NCBI GenBank assembly: GCA_900617105.1
Contig: UYFQ01000005.1
Coordinates: 372,001-436,000, forward strand
Direction of reading: 5' to 3'
DNA length: 64,000 bases
Source: Hydrurus foetidus
Lineage: Eukaryota
The position numbers and the translations under genes were made by a program. The notes under the pieces were generated by a model, which made no database searches, was not told where the DNA came from, and saw only the letters and a list, made by a program, of their open reading frames with translations. Of this stretch, positions 11,301 through 20,269 are shown one piece after another; within the stretch, counting starts at the first letter, position 1, and every line of letters begins with the position of its first letter.

Positions 11301-12216
11301 CGTCAATTTCTGCTGATCTTTTTTTGTTGAGTCGGCCGAAATCCAAACTGACAACAATACCTGTGGCGGAATGGCGTAGAGCCAGAAAGTCTCGTCACTT
11401 CCAGTTGGAGTCGTGGCGTTCACAATACTTGATTGCGGGCTACAAGTTATTGGACGTGGGAACCGCTCAGGCGGAAATTACGTCCGAAATTGCCAGTATT
11501 TCTAGCACCATCTCGCCATTCAATGAGCGTGCTCAAGCGTATGTCGACTTGTGCGAGTGGGCCTTGCATTTTGACCTGCGGGTTGTGGCGGATGAAGCTT
11601 TGAAGCGGGCTTTTTGTTGTTTGGTTGGCTATGGTTGGCGCAAGGATCCGAGTCTTGCCTATGTACTTCAGGCCATAGAGGCGATGATTCCTCACGCACC
11701 TGATTCGGCGCGTTGGGCAATTCGGCAAATTGCGCCTGTAATCACTTGTATTGGAGACATGACTGAAGATTCCGGTTCCCGTGAGTCAGACTTGGCCCCC
11801 CTTCTATTACAGCTTATGCCGAAATCGTACGTCCGCTATTACCAGCACTGGATTGAGAGCGGGGAGTGGTACACCGCTGAAAAGGTCTTTGCTCCTTTGA
11901 TGGAGAAGGCAGATTTAGCCTCACCGATGGTGAAACTCGCGGCAAGTTATCTTTGGGACTCACATGCAGTAACTGCTGTAAGAAGCCGTGCAAATCAGGG
12001 TGAGCTTGGTGCACAAAAGCTGATCACAGAGAGTGCTGTGCGCTATGGTTTGCCGGTCGACGACCTTGGCAAAGAGCGATTTGGAGATACGAAGACCAAT
12101 GACGAGGCAGTCGATATTGATGTTTCAGCATATCCACCGGATGCTTTGGAAGGGTTGTTGGCGCGACTGACGGAGCTACAGGCCTATGTCGCAGAGCGCC
12201 GAATTCTCAAGGCGTG

Positions 12217-13548
12217 GAGGGTGTAAGAAGTTTTGTGTAAACGGTCTTTTGGCAGGAAACTGCCGTCTTGCATGGAGCAATGATGACCGTAGAACAGAAA
12301 CCCTTACCCGCCGAACTGATAGACGCACTGCTGGCAGACTACAAAAAGCCTGAAGATTTGATTGGCCAGAACGGCATCCTCAAGCAACTCACCAAGGCCC
12401 TGGTAGAACGCGCACTGCAGGCCGAGCTGACAGAGCACCTGGGTCACAGCAAGAACCAATTGGTGGCCAACGAGGCAGGCAACACCCGCAACGGACGCAG
12501 CAAGAAGACCCTCAAGGGCGACTTTGGTGAACTGCCCATTGAAATCCCCCGTGACCGGGCGGGCACGTTCGAACCCCAAATCATCACCAAGCACCAGACC
12601 CGCTGGAGCGGCTTTGACGACAAGATACTGTCGCTCTACGCCCGGGGCATGACAGTGCGCGAAATTCAAAGCCACCTGCAGGAAATGTATGGCGCTGAAG
12701 TTTCACCCACCCTAATCTCCTCGGTGACCGATGCCGTCATGGATGAGGTCAAAACCTGGCAGGCTCGTCCATTGGACGCGCTGTACCCCATCGTTTACAT
12801 GGACTGCATTCACGTCAAGGTGCGCGACAACGGCGCAGTACGGGTCAAGGCCCTGTACCTGGCCATTGGTGTCAACCTAGACGGCCTCAAGGAGGTGCTG
12901 GGCCTGTGGATGGCCCAGACGGAAGGTGCCAAGTTCTGGCTGCAAGTGGTGACCGAGTTGAAGAACCGTGGTGTGGCCGACATCTTCATTGCCTGTGTCG
13001 ATGGCCTCAAGGGCTTCCCAGATGCGATTGAGGCCGTGTTCCCCAAGACTGCTGTGCAGCTCTGTTTGGTTCACATGGTGCGCCACAGCCTGAACTTCGT
13101 GGGCTGGAAACAGCGCAAGGAAGTGGCCGCCGATTTGCGCATGATCTACAGCGCCGCCACTGAGGACGAGGCCCTGCTGCGGCTGACGGAATTTGAGGGC
13201 AAATGGGATGCATCATTCGCCCCGATTGGTCAGTCCTGGCGGCGCAACTGGGCACGCCTGACGCCATTCTTTGACTACCCGCCAGACATCCGCAAAGTGA
13301 TTTACACGACCAATGCCATTGAATCGGTGAATATGAGCCTACGCAAAATCACGAAGACCCGCGGGTCATTTCCAACCGATGACGCGGTATTCAAATTGTT
13401 CTATCTGGCACTGAACAACATCAGTCAGAAATGGACGATGCCGATTCGGGATTGGAAGGCCGCCCTGAATCGATTTACCATTCAGTTTGACGAGCGTATG
13501 CCGCGCGTCTAACTTAACCGCCGTTTACACAAAATCCGGGACACCCTC
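12217..13548 (+). mobile_element. IS256-family insertion sequence, 1332 bp
   Basis: 28-bp imperfect terminal IRs (GAGGGTGTAAGAAGTTTTGTGTAAACGG at 12217-12244; reverse complement at 13521-13548); 8-bp TSD AAGGCGTG at 12209-12216 and 13549-13556. Confidence 0.97.
12280..13512 (+). CDS. IS256-family (Mutator-like) DDE transposase
   Basis: RNG..KKT, PRDRAGTFEP, YPIVYMD, DGLKGFP.AI..VFP, QLCLVH and YTTNAIES motifs; intact ORF. Confidence 0.96.
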   Translation: MMTVEQKPLPAELIDALLADYKKPEDLIGQNGILKQLTKALVERALQAELTEHLGHSKNQLVANEAGNTRNGRSKKTLKGDFGELPIEIPRDRAGTFEPQIITKHQTRWSGFDDKILSLYARGMTVREIQSHLQEMYGAEVSPTLISSVTDAVMDEVKTWQARPLDALYPIVYMDCIHVKVRDNGAVRVKALYLAIGVNLDGLKEVLGLWMAQTEGAKFWLQVVTELKNRGVADIFIACVDGLKGFPDAIEAVFPKTAVQLCLVHMVRHSLNFVGWKQRKEVAADLRMIYSAATEDEALLRLTEFEGKWDASFAPIGQSWRRNWARLTPFFDYPPDIRKVIYTTNAIESVNMSLRKITKTRGSFPTDDAVFKLFYLALNNISQKWTMPIRDWKAALNRFTIQFDERMPRV

Positions 13549-14021
13549 AAGGCGTGGTTTCATCATTGGAAGAAGGCGAATCTGGGTATCCCGTTACTGC
13601 ATTCGCTAGAGAAGTTTCGTGACGAGGTCAACCGTTCCTCATCGGTCGCAGAGCTGTTGGACTCCGCTTTCGAACTTAGCCTTGAGCTGGAGGGCCGTCA
13701 AAAGGCATATCCATGGATCATTGCTGCACAGATTGTGCGTCACGGGTGGGATGCCCATTACGGCTGGTCGGATTCAAATCGACGGTTCAATGCATTTGCT
13801 GCTCACTATCCTGAGCGGTGGCAGCAATTTATTGAATCCACAACCATCATCAGCGACCGTGCATCCTCAAGGCACTCAATCCCACACGACAAGCTGGTAG
13901 TTTTCCTTTTCAAAGTAGGACAGCGTGATGCCGCCATTGACGTAGCAAGGGCCATGGTCGAAACAACTGTGGAAGACTTCGCAGATCAACCTTTGCGTGC
14001 ACCTGTTTGGCTTGAATCAGC

Positions 14022-15470
14022 ATGTTGACGCAGAGCCAAATCGCCGATGTTGCTGTTGCAAGACTAGGGTTGCCTGTGGCAATGGCAAAGCTTCAAATAA
14101 TGCACGAAATCGCGGCGAGTCTGCTTGACCAGCAATCAGGGCCAATCGTATGGCATGCACTTCTGCGTTGGCTCAAGTCAAGGGAGCTTGAATCCGAGGT
14201 TCTGGAAGGGCTCTGCCCTCTCCTTTTGGCCAAAGGCGCGCGGGTACTTGAAATTTCGGCGTTGCGGCTGAGTATTGAGCGCCCATCCATTCTTTCTGAT
14301 TTTCTTATTGCCAAGTCTTTTGGTTCACCACTGATGGTAGCCGCTTGGATGCACTCGCACAGTGAAGAGGTGCCCGCATTGCTGCGACTGAATGAAGAAC
14401 TTGAAGAGCTCAATTCCGAGAGGTTTGTCCCGCCACTATTTGGCAATCGCTTGAGGGCACTTGAGCAGCGGTCGAGCAAGCCTTTCTTGCGGCAATGGGC
14501 GTACGAGTTCACGTTGTTGCGCTCACGCTCGCTGTATACGGATGGCAGTGATTTTGGATATTTCCGAGGAGACACGACCAATGGAACTGGTATGTTTACA
14601 GGCAAACGCAGCCATTTGGCGCGTTCGGCGTTCCTGCGAACGCTGGCCCTGGCGGTAGCGCGCTGGGGCATGCCTCAGAACCTAGCAGAAGAAGTAGCGC
14701 AGTTCGCGTTACCAGCAGAACCCATTTTGTTGAAGTTGCTACCCGGCTCACCGCCGACATGGGCATTGGCTGCACATGCATGGCCGATTGATGACTTAGA
14801 TGGGGATCCGACAACGACAATTGCGCAACTGGTCGGGCATATTGAGCACCAAACAGATCGAACCTTGCTTCACTTCAACGGCTGCATTCACTCAAGCAAG
14901 ACCATGCGGGTAGAAGCAGAAGTCACTACAGTGCTTGCAACAAGAGGAGCAGCAGACCCAGAGGAGGTATTCGAGTTCCAGAATGTGCTACTCGGAAAGG
15001 TCGAAATCCCACGGGCTAATACTGAATCATTTAACTCCTGCTATTGGCCGCGGGAGAACACGTTTCCCGGCAAAGACGGTGTCGAGTACTTGCCAGCACT
15101 GCTTCCGCTTATTGGCAATATCGTAGGGTACCTTAGTACTGATTTGCTCCATCTTCTGCCCCAGATTCCTAATGTTCACTCGACTGAAGGCTCTATCACC
15201 GCGATTCCTGACGTAGGTGGCGTGTCGATATTGTTTGAGGAAAATTGTGTTGGCAGAGTTGACTATTGGAGTTGGAACTGGCAACCCATGCGTGAAATAA
15301 ATTCATTACCGCCATCAGCCGTTTGTACAACATTGTCGGCAGATATTGTCGAAAAACTTTTCCTCCTCCCCGGGTATACCGTGAACAGATGTTGGAAAAT
15401 TTTAGTGCGTACGAAGGAGACAGACTACGGAAATTGGGTAGACACGATTCGGTTTGGAAGTCTTACGTAG
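14022..15470 (+). CDS. Hypothetical protein (482 aa), probable partner of the STAND protein
   Basis: Long ORF; ATG overlaps the STAND gene end by 7 bp; similar lower GC. Confidence 0.75.
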   Translation: MLTQSQIADVAVARLGLPVAMAKLQIMHEIAASLLDQQSGPIVWHALLRWLKSRELESEVLEGLCPLLLAKGARVLEISALRLSIERPSILSDFLIAKSFGSPLMVAAWMHSHSEEVPALLRLNEELEELNSERFVPPLFGNRLRALEQRSSKPFLRQWAYEFTLLRSRSLYTDGSDFGYFRGDTTNGTGMFTGKRSHLARSAFLRTLALAVARWGMPQNLAEEVAQFALPAEPILLKLLPGSPPTWALAAHAWPIDDLDGDPTTTIAQLVGHIEHQTDRTLLHFNGCIHSSKTMRVEAEVTTVLATRGAADPEEVFEFQNVLLGKVEIPRANTESFNSCYWPRENTFPGKDGVEYLPALLPLIGNIVGYLSTDLLHLLPQIPNVHSTEGSITAIPDVGGVSILFEENCVGRVDYWSWNWQPMREINSLPPSAVCTTLSADIVEKLFLLPGYTVNRCWKILVRTKETDYGNWVDTIRFGSLT

Positions 15471-15515
15471 CTTCATAAAATTTAGGTCACCTTACAAACC
15501 TCGAATACTGCCTCC

Positions 15516-15660
15516 ATGCACTCCTCCCTTTTCACCCTCAGCCACGAAGGGATGACCATTGAGGGCATCAATACCCGCCTGTAAACCGCGCAGGTAAAAA
15601 CCATCGTGGATGTCCGTGAACAGCCCCTGTCGGGCCAGAAGGGGTTTTCAAAACCAGAGC
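15516..15660 (+). pseudogene. DUF488-family gene remnant
   Basis: MHSSLFTLSHEGMTIEGINTRL*TAQVKTIVDVREQPLSGQKGFSK resembles the DUF488 N-terminus (FTIGYEG...VDVR..P.S...GFSK); in-frame TAA at 15582, then truncated. Confidence 0.7.
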
Positions 15661-16076
15661 GCAAGGGGCTTGGCGCACGTTGGCGGCTTGTGCCTCAAAA
15701 ATAGGATACCTCGGTGCGATTAGCCGTTGGTTAACTTTCTTTTTATCCTATTAGACTGGGCTAATCCTTTTTAAGTCATTGATTTATATATGTTTAATAT
15801 AGGATAAGTGGAACAGCGCTATCGCTTCGCGACTGATTAAAGAGGCGCCAGAAGCCGGCGCTGTATGCCCTACTTGGCCTGAATTTGCTTGCTGGGTATT
15901 TGATAAATTCAAGAAATCGTCCCATCGTGCTGGAAAAATTTCATATAAATCATCAACTTGAAAATTCTTGGGTACTTGCTGGGTACTTGCTGGCGCTGTC
16001 TGGTGGAAGGTAAAAACCGGGGACGGGCGCTACCGGGCCAAAGATTCGGGAATTCATTCACGTCACGAAGATAGCG

Positions 16077-16484
16077 TTACAGCACACCCCTCGCAGCAAA
16101 CACCTCCTTCGCCACAAACAGCCCATTCAGCGCCGCCGGGAAGCCCGCGTAAACGGCCATCTGCATCATCACCTCGACCACTTCATCGCGGGTCACGCCG
16201 ACGTTCAGCGCGCCTTCGATATGCACCTTAAGCTGCGGCGCGGCATTGCCCATCGCCGTCAGTGCCGCCACCACGGCGATTTCGCGTGAGCGCAGGTCAA
16301 GGCCAGGGCGGGAATAGATGTCACCGAACGGGAATTCGATCAGGTAGCGGGCAAAGTCGGGGGCAATGTCACGCAGGCTGTTGATGACGTTGGTGCCAGC
16401 CTCGCCATCAATTTCGTTGAGTTTGGCCAAGCCTTGGTCGTAGCGGCTGAGGGGCACTGAAGTCGTGGAGGTCATAGCGATCAT
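16077..16484 (-). CDS. Carboxymuconolactone decarboxylase family protein
   Basis: FPFGDIYSRPGLDLRSRE, QLKVHIEGAL and YAGFPAALN motifs; ATGA overlap with the MerR gene. Confidence 0.9.
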   Translation of the reverse strand: MIAMTSTTSVPLSRYDQGLAKLNEIDGEAGTNVINSLRDIAPDFARYLIEFPFGDIYSRPGLDLRSREIAVVAALTAMGNAAPQLKVHIEGALNVGVTRDEVVEVMMQMAVYAGFPAALNGLFVAKEVFAARGVL

Positions 16485-16915
16485 GGGTTGTTCCTGGAAG
16501 CAAGGGGTTGAACTTGCGAGGCGGAATCCCGAGTCTGCGCGGCTGGCACACGCTGCGCCAGCTGCTGGTAATGCGCAATTTTGGCTCGCAGCACTTGGGC
16601 AGACTGTTGCAGCGCTTGCACCTGGGCCATCACCTGGGTGAGGTGGTTTTCCAGCATGGCCTGACGCGCACTGACGGTGGCATTCCCCTCGCTTCGAAGC
16701 TTGGCAAACGCCTGCATACCGTGGATCGACATGCCGGTTTCGCGCAAACGGAGCAGGAACCCAAGCCAATCCATGTCAGACGCCGCATAGCGCCGCTGAC
16801 CACCCGCCGCGCGTGCGACGGGCTCAATCAGGCCGATGCGTTCGTAATAACGCAGCGTGTAAGCCGTGAGGCCGGTGCGCTTGGCGACTTCGTGGATGGG
16901 TAAGCTGGATTCCAT
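16481..16915 (-). CDS. MerR-family transcriptional regulator
   Basis: IHEVAKRTGLTAYTLRYYERIGLI..V.R..GGQRRY motif. Confidence 0.93.
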   Translation of the reverse strand: MESSLPIHEVAKRTGLTAYTLRYYERIGLIEPVARAAGGQRRYAASDMDWLGFLLRLRETGMSIHGMQAFAKLRSEGNATVSARQAMLENHLTQVMAQVQALQQSAQVLRAKIAHYQQLAQRVPAAQTRDSASQVQPLASRNNP

Positions 16916-16921
16916 GAGGGG

Positions 16922-16952
16922 ACTGTAAAAGTTAGAGCGCACTCTAAGTCAA
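16922..16952 (-). promoter_or_regulatory. MerR-type promoter/operator
   Basis: TTGACT-19 bp-TACAGT with dyad TTAGAG-N4-CTCTAA (16932-16947) in the spacer. Confidence 0.85.
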
Positions 16953-17042
16953 GCGCTTTTGACAGTATTCGTCTGACTTCACAGTGACCCGCCCCCCCAA
17001 CTTCAGTGACGCGGGGTATTGATCAAGCGAAGAAAACTTTCC

Positions 17043-17924
17043 TCAGGCAGCTCTGTCTATTTTGTGGACAAATGCAAGCGCAATTCTTGGAGGAGCATTC
17101 AGCAGTTCAGCAATTTCTGTGATGTCATCGGGTATCGCGGCATCATCCCAGCCGCGCATGGTGTGACGAGCTAACCGAACAGCCAGCATGACATTGCGTA
17201 CATCCGCAGCTTGGCTTTGCTTTGCGCTGCCAATTCGTATCAACAAAGCTGGCCAACGCCATAGGGCCATCAACTCGACAGCCAAGTCATCCAGCTTGAT
17301 ATTGAGCACATTTACCTGAGCGATGGCAGACCGCAAATGAGGATCAGCGCGTTGTGCATCGTGGATACGCAACATCAGTGTCGGAGCGTGGCACCACATC
17401 AATATCTCAGCAAAATCGTGCAAAAACGCAGCTTGCTGAATCACCCCAGCATCCAAGTCGCTGCGATGAACTGCAAAGCCTAACGCGAACCGCTGTGCTC
17501 GCTCAGCCCGCACCAGCAACGCCAGCACACGCTCTCTTGCCAACGGCTGGTCAATCAACCAATCATCGAGCGAGGGTTGCTGACCAAATCTTTGAAAAAA
17601 GGGTTCTACACCCATCATCAAAAGCATACTGGTGATGGTTTCAGGCTCCGTAAAATCCTCAGTCACCCGACGCGAAGCAGCTGAATGCACAATCACTTTG
17701 ATAACCATCAACGGATCTGCCTGAATCACGCCTGTGATCATGGCTGCATCTATGTCTTCCTCAAGGGAGCGGGCACAAAGGTCTTCCAATTCTTGTGCGG
17801 TTCTTGAAAGAACTGGAATTTCAGCGTCACGGAAATATTGTGTCCAATCTGCAAGATCACGCTTCGACTCAACCAAATAAGGTGTGGTTCGAGACCCTGC
17901 ATCTGGAATATATGAATCAGACAT
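17043..17924 (-). CDS. HDOD domain protein
   Basis: EIPVL, I.ADPL...KV, A.FLHDFAE.LMWCHAP and W.WP motifs. Confidence 0.8.
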   Translation of the reverse strand: MSDSYIPDAGSRTTPYLVESKRDLADWTQYFRDAEIPVLSRTAQELEDLCARSLEEDIDAAMITGVIQADPLMVIKVIVHSAASRRVTEDFTEPETITSMLLMMGVEPFFQRFGQQPSLDDWLIDQPLARERVLALLVRAERAQRFALGFAVHRSDLDAGVIQQAAFLHDFAEILMWCHAPTLMLRIHDAQRADPHLRSAIAQVNVLNIKLDDLAVELMALWRWPALLIRIGSAKQSQAADVRNVMLAVRLARHTMRGWDDAAIPDDITEIAELLNAPPRIALAFVHKIDRAA

Positions 17925-18019
17925 AGAACGTACTCTACTGCAGCGCCATTACCCATGTTTTATCAACGCCTAATCACCGTTTAAGCCTTCACTTTATAGG
18001 GGGGCTAAAGTGGTTTAAC

Positions 18020-18048
18020 TTGACAGCAAACCAGCTAGCTGGGAAACT
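18020..18048 (+). promoter_or_regulatory. TA-module promoter with palindromic operator
   Basis: TTGACA-17 bp-GAAACT; perfect palindrome CCAGCTAGCTGG at 18031-18042. Confidence 0.65.
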
Positions 18049-18054
18049 GGCTTC

Positions 18055-18360
18055 ATGAAAACCACCCTCGATTTACCCGATGAACTCATTCGGGAAGTGA
18101 AGTTGCGTGCCGTCATCCAAGGGCGCACGCTCAGGGATGTGGTTGCTGATTTTTTACGCCAAGGGCTGGGCATGGCAGCACCTCAACCGGCCAAGCCTTT
18201 GCCCGCAAGTTCTATGGTGATGGTAGGACAAAGCGGCCTGCCGACCATCCGCTGCCAACCTAACGCGCCTGCGATCCAAAGCAGCCTAGCGACCTTGTTA
18301 CAGCTCGAACAGCAAAGCCAAACCGAGGAGGATTTGCAGCATGCCGGGCTCGCTGTTTGA
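18055..18360 (+). CDS. VapB-like (RHH) antitoxin
   Basis: MKTTLDLPDEL.REVK.RA..QGRTL motif; overlaps the PIN gene. Confidence 0.8.
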   Translation: MKTTLDLPDELIREVKLRAVIQGRTLRDVVADFLRQGLGMAAPQPAKPLPASSMVMVGQSGLPTIRCQPNAPAIQSSLATLLQLEQQSQTEEDLQHAGLAV

Positions 18361-18802
18361 TACCAACGTGTGGATCGCAGCGCTATTCCCCACCCACCCG
18401 TTTCACCCCCAAGCACAACAGGCATTGCAGCAGGCCAGCCCCGCAGAACCTGCGGTTTTTTGCCGCTCTACGCAGCAGAGTTTTTTGCGCCTCGCCACCA
18501 CACCCACCTTGTTGAAAGCCTACGGTGCCGAGGGCATGACGAACCGTGATGCACTGCTGGCACTGGAAGCGTTGATGGCGCTGCCCCAGGTGTGCCTGCG
18601 GGATGAGCCAACAGGGGTCTCTGCACTCTGGCACCGCATGGCAGCTTGTGACACGGCTTCACCCAAGGTGTGGATGGATGCGTATCTGGCCGGTTTTGCA
18701 CTGGCAGGTGGTTTGACCGTGGTCTCGCTGGACCAAGATTTCAAAAACTTCGGGCCCTTTGGGCTGAAGTTTCACAATCTCAGTGGCAAGAAGTCCGGCT
18801 AA
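18341..18802 (+). CDS. VapC-family PIN ribonuclease toxin
   Basis: LFDTNVWIA, HPFH, WMDAYLA and SLDQDF acidic PIN motifs. Confidence 0.88.
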   Translation: MPGSLFDTNVWIAALFPTHPFHPQAQQALQQASPAEPAVFCRSTQQSFLRLATTPTLLKAYGAEGMTNRDALLALEALMALPQVCLRDEPTGVSALWHRMAACDTASPKVWMDAYLAGFALAGGLTVVSLDQDFKNFGPFGLKFHNLSGKKSG

Positions 18803-18832
18803 ATCGCGCATCAACGCCCCCACGTCGTCACG

Positions 18833-20269
18833 TCAAGAAGCCACTTTGAGTGGCTCCCACCGCCCACCCAAATTCTTCAACAGCTGCGTCACCGCTGCCA
18901 GCTGCCGGTTGCGCACGCTCAGCAGATTGCTCTGAGCACTCAGCACTGCGGTCTGCCCAGTTACCACGTTCAAGTAACTCACTGTGCCCGCTTTGTACTG
19001 GTTCTGAGCAATGTCCAGCGAGCGGCGGGCGGCGGTGAGGGCTTCTTGCTGGAGGGTGGTTTCGGTTTGCAGCACGGCGGCTGCAACGAGGTTGTCTTCT
19101 ACCTCTTGCAGTGCGGTCAGCACGGTTTGTTTGTAGGTGGCGACGGTTTGGTCGTAGGACGCGCGGGCGGTGTCGCTGGCGGCTTGGCGAGCACCGCCGT
19201 CGAACACGCCTAAAACCAGGCTGGGGCCAATGGACCAGAATTTGTTGGCAGACTGGATCAGTGTGCCTAAATCATTGTTGCGAAAGCCGCCGTTGGCAGA
19301 GAGTGTCAGTGCTGGAAAGAAGGCGGAATCGGCGGCACCGATTTGGGCATTGGCAGCGGCAACTTGGCGCTCTGCGGCGGCGATGTCAGGGCGACGCTCC
19401 AGCAGGTTGGCGGGCAGTTGCACCGGCACGGCGGGGGGCATGGGCAAATAGCTGTCGGCAAACTTGCCAGGAGCGAGGGGGCTGGCTGCGAGCTGGAAGG
19501 ATGCGGGGGCTTGACCCAACAACACGGCCAGGGCATGTTCCAACTGGGCTCGTTGCAATTGGGCTTCTTGCTGCTGCGCCTGGGCGGATTTGAGCTGGGT
19601 TTGCGCCTGGGCCACGTCAGCCGCAGAGGCCACGCCGCCTTGGTAGCGGTTTTGGGTCAGTGCCAGTGATTTACCGTAGGCATCGGTGGTTTGGGTCAGC
19701 ATCGCCGTGGTGGCCTCGGCGGCACGCAGCGAAAAATAAGTCTGCGTCAACGTGGCTTGCAAGGAGAGTTGCGTGGCGGCCAGGGTGGCGCGGCTGGCCT
19801 GCAAACGGGAACCGGCAGCATCCACACCCGCGCCAACGCGGTTCCACAGGTCAATCTCCCAGTTCGACAAACTGCCTTGCACCGCGTACGAGGTACCTTT
19901 GGGGCTGGTAGAGACGTTCGCGGTACGGCTGGCACCGCCGGTCAGGTTGATGGTGGGGAACAAGCCGGCGCGGCTGCTGCCCACTGCCGCTTGCGCGGTG
20001 GCAACGGCGGCGGCGCTGACTTGCAGGCTGATGTTGCCTTGCAGCAGACGGGTTTGCAGGCCATTGAGCACCGGGTCGTTGAACAGCGTCCACCACGCAT
20101 CGGGCACATCGGCTGCGGCAGGATTGGCTTTGGCGAACAGCGCGGCTTCTTTGAACTCAGCCGGGATGGTCATCGCTGGTTTGTCGTATTTGGGGACGTT
20201 GCTGCACGCGGCCAGCCCCAAAGCGACAGCCAAAACAAGAGGGGTGAAGGTCGAAAACTTAGACGGCAT
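18833..20269 (-). CDS. RND efflux outer-membrane factor lipoprotein (NodT/OprM family)
   Basis: Lipobox [27 protein letters not shown] and ALQEVED motifs. Confidence 0.93.
   Translation of the reverse strand: MPSKFSTFTPLVLAVALGLAACSNVPKYDKPAMTIPAEFKEAALFAKANPAAADVPDAWWTLFNDPVLNGLQTRLLQGNISLQVSAAAVATAQAAVGSSRAGLFPTINLTGGASRTANVSTSPKGTSYAVQGSLSNWEIDLWNRVGAGVDAAGSRLQASRATLAATQLSLQATLTQTYFSLRAAEATTAMLTQTTDAYGKSLALTQNRYQGGVASAADVAQAQTQLKSAQAQQQEAQLQRAQLEHALAVLLGQAPASFQLAASPLAPGKFADSYLPMPPAVPVQLPANLLERRPDIAAAERQVAAANAQIGAADSAFFPALTLSANGGFRNNDLGTLIQSANKFWSIGPSLVLGVFDGGARQAASDTARASYDQTVATYKQTVLTALQEVEDNLVAAAVLQTETTLQQEALTAARRSLDIAQNQYKAGTVSYLNVVTGQTAVLSAQSNLLSVRNRQLAAVTQLLKNLGGRWEPLKVAS

Larger units (their letters stand above)
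8321..14028 (+). pseudogene. Cap4-like PD-(D/E)XK nuclease + STAND/NACHT ATPase + helical repeat protein (Avs-like anti-phage), interrupted by IS256
   Basis: N-terminal SGYVYQ...GLDDVV...QQVK; Walker A GSPGQGKST; Walker B VIVVDGLDH. Removing the IS and one TSD copy rejoins ...ILKAW-FHHWKK... in frame with 13657-14028, giving 1455 aa. Confidence 0.8.

Noticed and set aside
13524..13556. Hybrid outward promoter from the IS256 right end (TTTACA)
   Set aside because: No -10-like hexamer at 16-18 bp spacing in the flank
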